NCBI GenBank assembly: GCA_002269645.1
Contig: NIVC01001571.1
Location: 1-64,000 of the forward strand
DNA length: 64,000 nt
Direction of reading: 5' to 3'
From: Macrostomum lignano
Lineage: Eukaryota
Shown: positions 25,748-38,298 of the stretch, in pieces
How positions within the stretch are numbered: position 1 is the first letter of the stretch
Layout: each line of letters starts with the position of its first letter
The notes under the pieces: model-generated
The model's database searches: none
Seen by the model: only the letters and a program-made list of their open reading frames with translations
Told to the model about the DNA's origin: nothing
Translations under genes and position numbers: made by a program

Positions 25748-26314
25748 CCATAGTCAGGAAGGTGTCCTATACGCTAGAAAATTCCAGCATGCATTTACAT
25801 TAGATAAATTTTGGCATACATTATTGGCGTGCAAATTTTGGTATGCCAAAATGATTGGCATACCTATTGGATAGCATCCTTGTACGCCATACAAAGGGTT
25901 ATTGTTCAAATTGCTTTGTTGTGTCGTGATAATACAATACTGAAATACGTGAAGTAAAAAAAATGATAAAAAAATTGATATTAAAAATCTTTTTTAGTTA
26001 TCTTACTTTTTTAGAATTTTATGCTCAAGGGGAAATTTATTTATAAAGTAAATTTGCAAATATAATCTAAAATCCCCTCGCTTTTAATTAGTACAATTTT
26101 TACTTTGTTTATTAACATTCATTTTCCGTTACAGTTTAAAAATATATTAATTGTAATTTTTTAATAGCGATTTATTACCGAATTTGGCATACAATTTGGC
26201 GTACCTGTAGAGTTTGGAAAATTGAGTTCCAAAAGATTGGCGTACATCAGCCTGCACATGAAGCCTTTCCTCGGCGTACATTCCAGGGTGTATGGGACAC
26301 CTTCCTGACTATGG
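25748..26314. mobile_element. 567-bp MITE, 25-bp TIR CCATAGTCAGGAAGGTGTCCYATAC, 8-bp TSD TGTAGGCC
   Basis: TIRs 25748-25772 and 26290-26314 (1 mismatch); TGTAGGCC at 25740-25747 and 26315-26322; internal TTGGCRTAC motif repeats. Confidence 0.9.
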
Positions 26315-26915
26315 TGTAGGCCTACATACTGTCAAAATTGCCAGATAAAAATTTTAAGTAATTTCAAGTCAAACTTTCAAATTCGAAACAAAAGTCATGG
26401 CGTAAGAAAAAATGGAAAACCCCTTGTAGGCTAGGCTCTAGTCGTGGTAATTTTTACATGTATGCAGTGCTGTATGCCTGTATTATTGCCAATATTGGTA
26501 TGCCTAGCCTAGTCTGTAACTCTGTAGCCTACCCATTGCCATTGGCATGAGTAAATTGTGGTCAAGATCCAGATGCTTGCTGAATTGAACAGTATTACAG
26601 TAGGCGGTAGGCCTATTTAGTAATACTATTTAGTTCGGTGTTTGGCCCCTTTTTACTAGGCTGGGCTCTAAACAAGTTCAAATTATAAGCACGATAATAA
26701 ACCAAAATATAACAGTTCAATGTAAATGCATAAGAATATCGAGAATAACGAAAAGTTTACAAATAAATTTTAACCTTAAAGACTTCAGCTTAAGTATCAA
26801 TCCATGGTCCATGGATCCACCAATGCAAAATTAATCGCATCGAAGTCCGTGAACGAGCTCTCGTGGGTGGCTTTTTTAAAACTCTGTAAGAAAGAAGAAT
26901 TAAAACAAAGGTTAC

Positions 26916-27690
26916 TGTAAGATTGTGTGGTAGTACGGTCTTTCACGGAGGTCTGAGACAGCTAATTTTTGCATGAACTTTTTGCAAAAACCCTTCCCCG
27001 TATCCCCTCTTCGATGACAAAATTTGTCGTTATCGCCTGTCCGTGGCCTGCCCCATTTGTTGTTCCTCCGGTCCTGTCCCTGTTTCCCGTGGCTGTCCCT
27101 CTCATTGACCCATCCTGTGTTTTATTTTGTTTTATCTGTTTTTCTGCGGGATTTCTCTCGTTGACCCAACCAGTGGGCTCCCTTTCCTCTGGTTGACCCG
27201 CTGGTTGCTCCGCTCTCTGCCCCACTGTTTGCCCCATGCGTTGGCATTGTTCCCAACTACTTTTTATATGGCCGTCCCGGCCGCATTTATTGCATGCTAT
27301 TGCTCGTGCGCGCTCGTTTCTCTTGCTCTTATCCTTGTACGTTTACGTTTGTTCCTTTAAGTTCGAGTGTGAGCAATTGCGTTCTTCTTTATTTAGCTAA
27401 TAGACCTTAAGTAATAGCGTCAGCCTTTGCGTAAACTACCAAGTACTTATTCAGCACCCTCGGCACAGCCGGATTAACTCTCGTTTCGTTTGTTGTAATA
27501 CCTGTCGGCGACTAATAAACAACTAAATAGCACCTGCTCATTAATTATTTTCATTAAGTAATCGAAGCCCTTTATATTGTTTATCTTGAGTTATTTGCCC
27601 ACGGGGCGTAGCAATCAATAAGTCTCAATCTCAAAGAAAGCTCTGAGACCTAAACGTTCCGTAATACAAAATTACGGTGGTGGCAGCGCT
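26916..27690 (+). mobile_element. Possible LTR followed by a tRNA-Leu-type primer-binding site
   Basis: Begins TGTAAG, contains AATAAA, has ..AATACA at 27668, and TGGTGGCAGCG at 27678-27688 (complement of a tRNA-Leu 3' end). No partner LTR, TSD or gag/pol was found. Confidence 0.35.
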
Positions 27691-28659
27691 ACTCTACTGA
27701 AAGTAACCAGCTCAGCATATCGACGCATTAATTTACGGTGTCAAGACTGCGGTGTCTACCATCTGAACGACCGAGCCTGTTCAAGACCGCTCGACCGCGA
27801 TTGCGACTACCCTCCCCAGGAATTGAGGACCCGGCAGACGGAGTATCAAAGGAGAAAAGCGTTTCGAATCATTCAGTGAAACTTTCCGGCTTTACGAGTG
27901 CCGATCGAGATAACGAAGGCGGGAATTCAAAGTTCTAGAAACCGCGCGCCCAACCATCCACCGAAAAAAATTTTCCTATTCTCCGCCCCACCTCAATTGC
28001 ATTATTATATTATATAGTTTCTAAGATATTCTAAATTTATTATATCAACAAAAACAAATTTTACTTTATTTTTCCAATCAAATTTGTATAAAAACGCCTT
28101 ACATGTATTTGTATAAGGATGATCATCGAATCAGATTTACGAGCTAAAGGTGGTGTGGAGTGTGTAAGTTTTTTATTGCATAATTTGACTTGGAGTAGCA
28201 ATTCAAGTGCAGGGGTGGGCGGGCGGCAAAATTATGAGGTGGAGCAAGCTACTGCAGGAGAGAGAATAAACTGCGGGGTGGGGCTGCCATGGGATCTCAA
28301 AGATCGAATTGCTATTACATACATGTAGCTGGCTGCAGTCACGTACGCTGAACATATGGGAGCTTAGAAAACTATAGGGTTGACAGACGACAAGTAGACA
28401 ACAAATGGTAGTAGGGCACGGCGAGCAAGGAATTTAAACAATTAATCGGAGATGAGAGATCGGGAGTATATCCGATCATCGCAGACTGCATGGGGTACGT
28501 GCAGTTCTTAAATGTACATTTCGCCTGATGAGCTTTCTTTGGTACCGGTATCCAAAAGCTGGGATTCTTTTTTGGAACTGTCGGCTGTTCGACTGAATCT
28601 CTATTGGCCGCTTTAAAGCATTGCTTAATTATAGCCGTCGAGGCGTTGAAAACAGATGT

Positions 28660-29425
28660 ATGCTGCACAGGTCGCGTTTGGTCCTCTGCCGTTGCCGGCA
28701 GAGAATAGCTTCAGCCTAGCACCAGTCAGCACAGCCGACGTTGTGAGGCTCGCCCAAAAGTCACCGGGCGGGGAAGCGCGGGTCCAGACGAGGTGCCCAT
28801 CGAGGCGCTGCGCATCCACTGTGTGGCCAGTGAGGTCGCAGGAGTGATGAATATCGCGTGCTCTTCGGTGAGGAGGCACCCAACGAATGGACCACGGCGC
28901 ACATCGTCGCAGTTCCTAAGAAGCTGAGCACCACGAGGCTTGAAGAGCATCGAGGGATCTGCCCTAATTCAGTCCTGCGCTGTAAAGTTGTTCAACCGGA
29001 TGCTGTTACATGTATCGCGGTTGCAGCTGGTGCTGGATCCATACCTTCGTCCTGAGCAGAACGGCTTCCGGCCCCATCGCGGCACAGTGACGCAGATCCT
29101 AGCTCTTCGGCGAGTCATCGAGAAAAGCACCGCGGATACGCCAACTGTCGATCCTGATTGTTATCTTCATAGATTTCGAGAAGGCATTCGACTCGGTCGT
29201 CAGGTCTGTGCTCCCTAAGGTGCTCCGTGACGTGATGCATACAACGTGCCAGAGCAGCTGATTTCCGCCATCATGGCGATGTACCGTGATACAAAAGCTG
29301 CTGCATCAACACCGGACGGCCTATGGGACATCCTCCGGGGGCGTTCATTCGCGACCTGGCCTTAAGGCGCGCCCTGTGACGCTAACTGTGTATTCTGTTG
29401 TTGTTGTTATTGTTGTTGTTAACAT
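28660..29425 (+). mobile_element. RTE-like non-LTR retrotransposon RT fragment (frameshifted)
   Basis: Across frames: PNEWTTAHIVAVPKK..EHRGI, KLFNRMLL..LDPYLRPEQNGFRPHRGTVTQILALRRVIE, IVIFIDFEKAFDSV, LISAIMAMYRDTKA. Ends near a (GTT)n tract. Confidence 0.85.
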
Positions 29426-29534
29426 CCAATATGGCTCAAATTTGGAAAGGTGGAATTTTTTAGATTCGAGGGGAATCGTTAAGATCCCGATGGCTCAAAG
29501 GTGGAATTGTTGAGATTCGAGGGGAATCGTTAAC

Positions 29535-29940
29535 ATCGGCACTCATTTTGGCGTCGTAGGCACTCATTTTCGCGCCGCAGGCACTCTTTTTAGCGCCGTA
29601 GGCACTCATTTTCGCGCCGCAGGCACTCATTTTCGCGCCGCAGGCACTCATTTTAGCGCCGCAGGCACTCATTTTGGCGCCGCAGGCACTCATTTTGGCG
29701 CCGCAGGCACTCATTTTTGCGCCGCAGGCATTCATTTTAGCGCCGCAGGCACTCATTTTGGCGCCGCAGGCACTCATTTTGGCGCCGCAGGCACTCATTT
29801 TAGCACCGCAGGCACTCATTTTAGCACCGCAGGCACTCATTTTAGCACCACAGGCATTCATTTTAGCACCGCAGGCACTCATTTTAGCACCGCAGACACT
29901 CATTTTGGCGCCGCAGACACTCATTTTGGCGCCGCAGGCA
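29535..29940. repeat. 21-bp minisatellite CGCCGCAGGCACTCATTTTAG
   Basis: About 19 copies. Confidence 0.97.
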
Positions 29941-30039
29941 CTATGTTTCGTCGCCCTGCAGCAAAATTATTGATTTCCATAACGGGTCACAAGGTGTGGT
30001 GGGGGGACAAGGCATTGACATGCCCCCCATATCTTTTAC

Positions 30040-30090
30040 TGGGGGGGACATGTCCCCCTTGCCCCCCCCTCGGTGGCGACGCTCCTGCTT
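30040..30090 (-). mobile_element. Probable hAT-type MITE terminus
   Basis: The reverse strand reads CAGGAGCGTCGCCACCGAGGGGGGGCAAGGGGGACATGTCCCCCC, a typical hAT MITE end. The partner end was not identified. Confidence 0.4.
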
Positions 30091-30276
30091 ATCAGATTTT
30101 ATATCGTTTGCATTACTTTGTGTTAGACTTTGAAGAAAGCGCTGTAGAGCTCTCTATTAAACATTATAATATTCTATAATGTTCTGTAAATTTCCACTGC
30201 CTGCGTCTTCCGAGGCTTTAACGTGAATTTAAACAACAATAACACCGGAGCTTGATCTCAAAATAATATCAAAAAA

Positions 30277-30891
30277 GGGGTCGCCATCATAAGCTCGAAA
30301 AATCACATCGTCGAAAACAAGGCTCTATCACAAGCTCGAAAAGTCACAAGCTCGAAAATCATATCGTCGAAAACTAATTTAGCAACCATCATCACAAGCT
30401 CGAAAAGGCACAAGCTCTAACCCTAACCCCAAGGCACTAACCCTAACCCTAAGGCACCAGTACCCTAGCCTAACCCTAAACCATAACCCCTAAGGCACTA
30501 CCCTAACCCCAACCCTAACCTAACCCTAGACCCTAACTTAAAGGTTATAAAGGCACTAGTTCTAACCCCGACCCTAACCCTAAACCCAAACCCTATGGCA
30601 CAAGTTCTAACCCCGACCCCAACCCTAAACCCAAACCCTATGGCACAAGTTCTAACCCCGACCCTAACCCTAAACCCAAACCCTATGGCACAAGTTCTAA
30701 CCCTAACCCTATTCGAGCTTGTGATGGTTGCTAAACTTTTCGACGATGTGATTTTTCGAGCTTACGACTTTTCGAGCTTGTGATGGTGGATGCTTTTCGA
30801 CGATGTGATTTTTTGAGCTTACGACTTTTCGAGCCTGTGATGGTGGATGCTTTTCGACGATGTGATTTTTCGAGCTTGTGATGGGCCCCCC
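30277..30891. mobile_element. TIR element with long inverted arms and an interstitial (TAACCC)n telomere-like core
   Basis: ~40-bp TIR GGGG..CCATCAYAAGCTCGAAAAATCACATCGTCGAAAA, with repeated AAGCTCGAAAA motifs in both arms. Degenerate CCCTAA repeats at 30415-30710. AAAAAA on both flanks. Confidence 0.8.
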
Positions 30892-31057
30892 AAAAAAGCA
30901 AACAAATATATACGAATCCATATTTTTTATGCACATAACATCCATTCGGCTAAAAATCAATCAACTTAGGGAGAGCTTCATAGTTCATATTGTGTGTCAG
31001 CTATATTGTTTAGATATCTAGATAAAATTGCTGGTGGCAAAAAACCGAAGCTTGGTT

Positions 31058-31440
31058 GGGTCTGGGGCTTCACTAAATCAAGTAACATTGAGTACAGGTG
31101 TGATAGAACGTTGAAAATACAAACAAATATATAATTAGTGTGTCTGGGATTATCTTCACTAAATTAAGTAACATTGAGTACAGGTGTGATAGAACGTTGA
31201 AAATACAAACAAATATATAATTAGTGGGTCTGGGGTTATCTTCACTAAATTAAGTAACATTGAGTACAGGTGTGATAGAACGTTGAAAATACAAACAAAT
31301 ATATAATTAGTGTGTCTGGGATTATCTTCACTAAATTAAGTAACATTGAGTACAGGTGTGATAGAACGTTGAAAATACAAACAAATATATAATTAGTGGG
31401 TCTGGGGTTATCTTCACTAAATCAAGTACATGGAGTACAG
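31058..31440. repeat. 86-bp tandem repeat, ~4.3 copies, alternating variants (172-bp dimer)
   Basis: CTTCACTAAAT at 31068, 31154, 31240, 31326 and 31412. Confidence 0.95.
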
Positions 31441-32223
31441 GTAGCTACGATTACAACGATAAAGACAGACAGTAATTTATAATTTATGGACTGGGGCATC
31501 TTATTTTGAAATCAGTGTTATACTGAGTAGTACGGGTACATGCTATAAAAATGTTAATGCAACACAAAATAAAGAGATTTAAAAAATATGTAGCGCAATG
31601 GACTCGGTTATCAAACAAATATAAATTCAACAATTGAGAATAGACAGTTAAAATATTGAAATATAGATCATATTGCTAATCACTTTATTCAAGGAGTACA
31701 ATGATGACTCTTCTTTAGTTTAATTTTTCCTGAGTCTTTCATTTCATTTATTTTTCAAAATTTCTATGCCCCCCATAATAAACAGTAGTAAAAAAATCTG
31801 CTTTCTCCAGAGCCTAATACTTCAAACTAACCCCAACTCTAATATTTATTCAAGACCAAACTACTAACAGTAGAAGCCAAAGAAAAACTGACATAAGGAA
31901 GTTCTATTCCAAAGAAAGGAGTCCAGCTTACTTCAGGATGAATACTGACTCCACCTTGCAGACCCTCTAATAGACCGAGTGTACTATAGCGTTGTACATG
32001 TACTAAAAAACTAATAACAACTCAAAAACTGTTTTCAATCTCACAAAATTTGTAATATTTTATCGCTATTTAATCGTCCGAAATAAATTGCTCAAAATTT
32101 TGAAGCATCACGCCTTCTTACTACCGGCAGTCCTTCCATTTGCCATTGTCTTACGTCTGATTCTTCGCATGGTGCCGAGATCACAACAGAACCACCGCGT
32201 TTCGCCTTGCCTTCTTGTACCTT

Positions 32224-33980
32224 TCAAGCGTCCGCATCGAGAAGCTCCTCAGCTGGTCCTGGTTCGGGCCGATCCGCGGCCTCCTCGCCCTGCTGATCGA
32301 GCTGGCGCTGCCGTTTCTGAACAATTCTGAGGTGCACAGCGTGCATCTCTCTGTAGTTACGACTGATTTCTTCCGGATCAACGTAAACGGGGCCCATGTC
32401 CATCACGACGGCTGGTTCATCGTTGTTTTCGTCGCGCCACTTCAGCAGCTGGCACACATCGTTTCTGTACTTTTTGTTCAGTACGATGAAGACTAAGAAG
32501 CTGGCAGCGCAGTCAACTGTGGCAGACAGATCGATCAGCGGCACAGAATAGTCCGGCAGTAACTTAAACAAGTTGAAAGTGACGCAAACCATTCCAGGCA
32601 GCTCGAAGACAATGAAAACGACAGCGAGTCCCAGTACGATGTGCGTGGCGAGCAGATGGCTGGCGGCGTGAGCCTCGGCCTGGGCGGCGTCAACCTCGCC
32701 CGGTGGTCTGTTCCGTTGAATGAACAGCTTCAAAGCGGTGGCAACGGTAGTCAAGAAGATCACAGTGATGGGCACGTATGTCTGCGGAGTTCGAGTGAGG
32801 TGCATTTGCACCTCCAACAGAAGGTACTCGCTACCATTCAGGAAAACGTTCCAGATGACGTAAGTCCCAGTCACAGAGATGAGCACGATCAGCATCACCA
32901 CGACGAAGGCGTAACGTTGAAAGCGGCTCGTAATCCACTGCTGGAACAGGAACGGCTTGAAGGTGGCGAAGCAGCGGAACCCGCTGAGGCAGGCAGTCCA
33001 CATGTTCCTGAGAGACAGGCTGTACGAAACCAAACAGTAGAGCAGCTGAAAGGAACAAACCCAGATTTTTCCTATTTACATGAATCATCTACTCGAATAT
33101 GAAGTTGCTAATAAGCATATCAGGCTTTAATTTCGTAGAAACTTCTAACGACTTCTAAGATAGCATATAGAGGCAGCTACGAGCGTATGCCCGAAACTGT
33201 AGGAAAAATCACTGGAAAATTCCATCACAAGTCGAAAATTTTACAGCTTTTTTGGCGTCCCAGCTATTCCATGTTTTTAGGTAGAGGGTTAGGGGGTCCT
33301 GTATATGAGTCGAGATTTTATTCGGATAATGGAGCCTGATGGAGGCCCCGAACCAGAGGGGGTTACAAGATGTAGGCGGGGGGTCTGTAGATGTTCAAAG
33401 ATTCAGCTGAATCGACAGCGACACCACGCCCTTCTGTAATTCGTCTTCATTGCCTCTAAGCCCACGACGGCCCCCGAAGCTTCCAGGCCTGACAAGCCTT
33501 CTAGAATGAGAATGTCTAAAAAATGACTCGAAGACGTCAGGGGATTTAGAGATGATAATAACCTGCATTAAGCGGTTAAAACTTAACTATATATCTTCCG
33601 AGAGCGCATGTATGCACATAGAAACGAAAAAAACGCTCATTTGAAATTCGGACTCACTTCGAACATGATGCCTCCTTCTTCGGTCTTCTCTGTCACTACA
33701 AGCATTATATCGTAAATTGCATAGCAACAGATGGACACCGTGAAAACCATATTGCTTATTTGCATTAGATACAGGCCTGTGTTGACTTGCTGAGCCATCT
33801 GTGTTCGATTGTTCTTCAACAACATCACCGACATAACACCGTTCAGCAGACCAACAATGGCCAAAGGAATGTTGATCCGCGAACGAGTATGTAACCGTTG
33901 GTGTACGTTGCGTTCGGTATTGTCTCGTTCATCATTTCCACATGATTTAGTAACGGCAAAGTTTCTCTAGCTTTAGACAT
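32224..33980 (-). CDS. Rhodopsin-class 7TM receptor (peptide-receptor-like, divergent)
   Basis: Exons ~33980-33658 and 33045-32224, joined in phase 0 (GTGAGT..TTTCAG). Seven hydrophobic segments. TM3 end reads LSGFRCFATFKPF, TM6 VFIVFELPGMV, TM7 SFLVFIVLNKKYR. The 5' end needs either a 1-nt indel near 33878 or an acceptor at ~33969. Confidence 0.8.
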
Positions 33981-34904
33981 TACGGTGTTATCAACTTGAG
34001 CTTCTCTTATGCTACTGCATGGCTCCTCGGGGATAGCGCTTGAGTTTTAATGCACCCGACAATCTCTGAACGAGCGGGCTGGGGTTGTACCCGATTTCTA
34101 ATACCCCGATTGGCTGGTCTCGTCCGTTGTCATGTCTGCGCGTCTAGCCCAAAAACCTTCACTATTGGGTGCTCAAAAATCTACGGTTGTCTATCTCTTG
34201 GAGAGTCCGGGCCAGGCTCGCTGATTGGTCAATCGGTGAGGTATATGGCACACCATTCGAGCATTTCCACCTCTAGTCCAGCTCAGCCCTTCCCCGTCCA
34301 CACTCATGCTATGCATGGGTCTCTGAATTGTGACCCGCCCAATTCAAGGAAGAGCTAGCAAGCTGCTTCGTGGGGCTGCGTCGAACCAATGCTGGGAGGG
34401 GGTAGTGAGGAAAGGGCTGGCTAGCAGATAACTGAATCCCAAATGTGTCAATGCGTCTGACTCCCAAATCCGAAGTCGTCGAAAGTACACATGCCCACAC
34501 ATGCTCTGGACTGCCCAGAGCTTGTCGGGTATGATAAGCGGGAGAGCGGCGACCCCCGAGGCGTACAGATACTTCGGGGCGGAAGTGGATGGACTGGGAG
34601 CGTACAGACACTTGTCCAGCCCTACGGCAAGAGGGAGGTGCTGATGAGGAGGCTGCGAGCAAGTAGCTACTCAGCAGGAAGCAGCAGCAGTGGTGAACAC
34701 GAGACTGGAGGCGTATGGACACCTTGCAGACCCGAATAAAGAATGTGACGAGAGAAGAGAATTTGGAAGATGACAAATTTTAAATGACAAGTAGACACAG
34801 TCTTACACTGTCACTTGACGCGCTTATACAGGGGCTAAGCCATGCAGGGCTGTTAGGGGTGGGCAAAAATCACACAGTTGAAGGGCGAGAGAGAAAGAAG
34901 GGGG

Positions 34905-35335
34905 GAGGCTAGCCAATCAGGGTGCCTCCGCGGCGAGAGACATGATTGGATTAGCCCAAACGAGAGGGAAAGAAGGGGGAGGCTAGCCAATCAGGTGCCT
35001 CCGCGGCGAGAGACATGATTGGATTAGCCCAAACGAGAGGGAAAGAAGGGGGAGGCTAGCCAATCAGATGCCTCCGTGGCGAGAGACATGATTGGACTGG
35101 CCCAAACGAGAGGGAAAGAAGGGGGAAGGCTAGCCAATCAGGTGCCTCCGCGGCGAGAGACATGATTGGACTGGCCCAAACGAGAGGGAAAGAAGGGGGA
35201 AGCTAGCCAATCAGGGTGCCTCCGCGGCGAGAGACATGATTGGATTAGCCCAAACGAGAGGGAAAGAAGGGGGAAGGCTAGCCAATCAGGTGCCTCCGCG
35301 GCGAGAGACATGATTTGACTGGCCCAAACGAGAGA
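34905..35335. repeat. 73-74-bp tandem repeat containing CCAAT and ATTGG
   Basis: About 6 copies of GCTAGCCAATCAGGTGCCTCCGCGGCGAGAGACATGATTGG... Confidence 0.95.
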
Positions 35336-37434
35336 GAGACGAAAAGACGCCAGCAGCCAATGAAAATTAAAACAAGAAAATTAAAACGAAGAATGGCTGC
35401 TCAAGACGGAGGGGGCAGATCAGAATGAACCAGCCGCAGGGAGAGGAGAGACGAGAATGCAAGGGTGGGGGCAAGGGAATTGTGAAATGCAGCTCAAAAC
35501 AGAACCAAGAAGTTGCGGCACGAGAGTCAGACGCGTTTACCGATAAGCTAACCTGCCCCTCAACTAGACAATTTTAGATTAATATAGCTGCGGGAAGATT
35601 TTAGTATTTGATGTTGAAGGCCGTGACTAGTCCTTGACCTCCGTTACCAAGCAACCCTGATGACGTCACCCGTCAGCCACGCTGTGATTGGACGAGAAAT
35701 TGGGGTGGGGCGCAGCGAAAAAATGATTTTGTGGTGGAGGATTTTACGTAACAGACAGAAAAAGGTTGGGGAGATAGGTTATAAAACTATCACACGCATG
35801 AAGGATTTCAACAAACAATTTAGAAAGGAGATGGGGTTTGGTGCGCGGGGAGTGGGGTGGGAGATAAGCATGATTCATCGTATCACGGTTGTGTGGGGCG
35901 CGAGTGTCAATGTGCCATCCTTTACGTTGACAACACGCCCCCGACAATTCCGTCATTGCGGTACAACCTGAAATCCGTCAGCAGCCAATAGGTAGGCTTC
36001 GTAGTCTGAAACATGAACCCACATGAACCCAATGGGTTCAAAAGTTCTATAAACACAGGAGTTCCGATCGCCGGTCCAAAAGAGTTATTTCTCAGCTCCC
36101 AAATAAGAGATTTACCGACCAGGAAAAATCCTGGAGGTGGATATGGCCGCTCGCCCGGTAGTCCTTAGGCAGTGGACGGACGAGCTGGCGAAAACTCTCG
36201 GGCCTGAAAACGTCCGGAAAGAAAGATCCGTCCGTTTGGGCCGAGGTAGGTGAGCCTGTACTGAGTAACTACAGGCGGGGCATTCACGAGGCGTTTGACG
36301 GGGATTCACCTTGACTGACCAGCTCTACAAGAGCTCTAAGTCTCTAGGGACGTTTCTTTGGAACCTGCGGTTAGCCTCCACATGTACATACAGTAAGTCT
36401 TTGTGTAGGCTCTTTTACACCGATACAATGACAAGTCAAAAAACGGTCATTATTACACCAATTCAGCAACTTCAACCTTCATTTGTTTCAAACTGATACA
36501 TGTAAGAGCAGGCATATTACATGTACTTTGTTTCTTGGCAGTTTTGGAATTTATGTCCTCTGTACGCGTAATAAATGTACATCATACTATCTGCCCAAGT
36601 GACCAACCAGTTCGCCCAACCCATCTGTCTTTCTCTCGTCCAATCAAATCTATTAATAAATAATTAACTGGAATGAAAGTGTGAAGGTTAAAAATCGATA
36701 AAATCGTATGGATTGTTCAGCGCGTGGCTTGAGTTTACACCAGGCCCGCATACTACTGGTAGTAGCTGATTCTTGTCCCAAAAGGTTTAGATGGTCTGGA
36801 GAAAAATGATAAAACCGTAGCAAACATTCCGCGTATCATTTTAAAAAAATCGGATGACAATTACAAATTAGCTATTGAGAAGAAGCAATAAATTTTATAA
36901 TGTCAAAAAGATTTCGGTTTTGTAGACAAAACCAAGAACCGGCACTCATCACCCTTCAGTTAATATTGATTGGTCAAACGTTGTTTAAGTTTGTTAATTA
37001 ACGCAAATTAACAATTTAAAAGTTTTAAATAAAAGTGTTTTTCAGGCTAATATATATATAGCTCGTATATAAGAATCAAAGCACAACCTATGATTAAAAT
37101 AATGCTGAATTTACAAGAGTATAGTGAATGGTTAGCAAGAAAAGATCATTAAAAATGCAAGGTACAAGACCAACACGCGCACATAACTACATCAACAAAA
37201 ATTGATTAATGATCACAATCTCAATAGTTCCAGATCTGACTAGAGGTCATCATCAAAAGTCATCAGATGGTTTTGAACTGAAGTTGAAATGACGGAAAAA
37301 TGACTCGAAATTCATGCACAATGAAGCCAGCACAGTAAAGCCAGGATATACTCGTACTTCTTTTTGATTAGCATAATAATACTTAACAACCCGAACTCTC
37401 CACCGACCCTGGATCTCAGGCGCGATTTTTATCC

Positions 37435-38235
37435 TAGATCACCGATCCTGGATCTCTGACCCGGGATCTCTGACCTGGGATCTCTGACCTGGGATCTCTG
37501 ACCCTGGATCTCTGACCCGGGATCTCTGACCCGGGATCTCTGACCTTGGATCTCTGACCCGGGATCTCTGACCCTGGATCTCTGACCCGGGATCTCTGAC
37601 CTGGGATCTCTGACCCTAGATCTCTGACCCTAGATCTCTGACCCTAGATCTCTGACCCTAGATCTCTGACCCTAGATCTCTGACCCTAGATCTCTGACCC
37701 GGGATCTCTGACCCTAGACCTCTGACCTGGGATCTCGGACCTTGGATCCCCGAGCCTGGATCTCTGACCCTGGATCTCTGACCCGGGATCAAAGGTCCTG
37801 GATAGCGCCTGGATTTCGGACATGGGATCCTCGAGCCTGGATCTCTGACCCGGGATCAAAGGTCCTGGATAGCGCCTGGATTTCGGACATGGGATCCTCG
37901 AGCCTGGATCTCTGACCCGGGATCAAAGGTCCTGGATAGCGCCTGGATTTCGGACATGGGATCCCCGAGCCTGGATCTCTGACCCGGGATCCTTGAGCCT
38001 GAATCTTTGGCCCTGGATCTCTGACCCGGGATCAAAGGTCCTGGATAGCGCCTGGATTTCGGACATGGGATCCCCGAGCCTGGATCTCTGACCCGGGTCC
38101 TTGAGCCTGAATCTCTGACCCTGGATTTCTGACCCTAGATCCCTGAGCCTTGATCTTTGACCCTGGATCTCTGACCCGGAATTCTTCAGCCTGGATTTCT
38201 GACCTTGGACCTCCGACCATAGAACTCCGACCCTA
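37435..38235. repeat. 13/14-bp minisatellite GGATCTCTGACCC(T) with longer higher-order inserts, just 3' of the nuclear receptor stop codon
   Basis: Direct reading. Confidence 0.95.
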
Positions 38236-38298
38236 GATCTCCAGAACATGCAGATGCAAGTGAAGGAATGTTAAACGCATGGGTCAAAGCAGCTGGTC

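Noticed and set aside
26925-26985. Possible SL RNA or snRNA (CGGTCT..AATTTTTGCATG, Sm-like site)
   Set aside because: The ATG is not followed by a GT donor, the Sm-like site is in the wrong order for an SL RNA, and no U-snRNA hallmarks are present.
28372-28668. 98-aa minus-strand ORF next to the RTE fragment
   Set aside because: No family motif recognised; could be TE debris, but unsupported.
30415-30710. True telomere or chromosome-fusion scar
   Set aside because: The repeats are degenerate, single-orientation and enclosed by TIR arms; better explained as TE cargo.
34050-34776. ORFs 34050-34358, 34309-34776 and 34491-34739
   Set aside because: No recognisable motif and no convincing splice partners; probably UTR or TE-derived.
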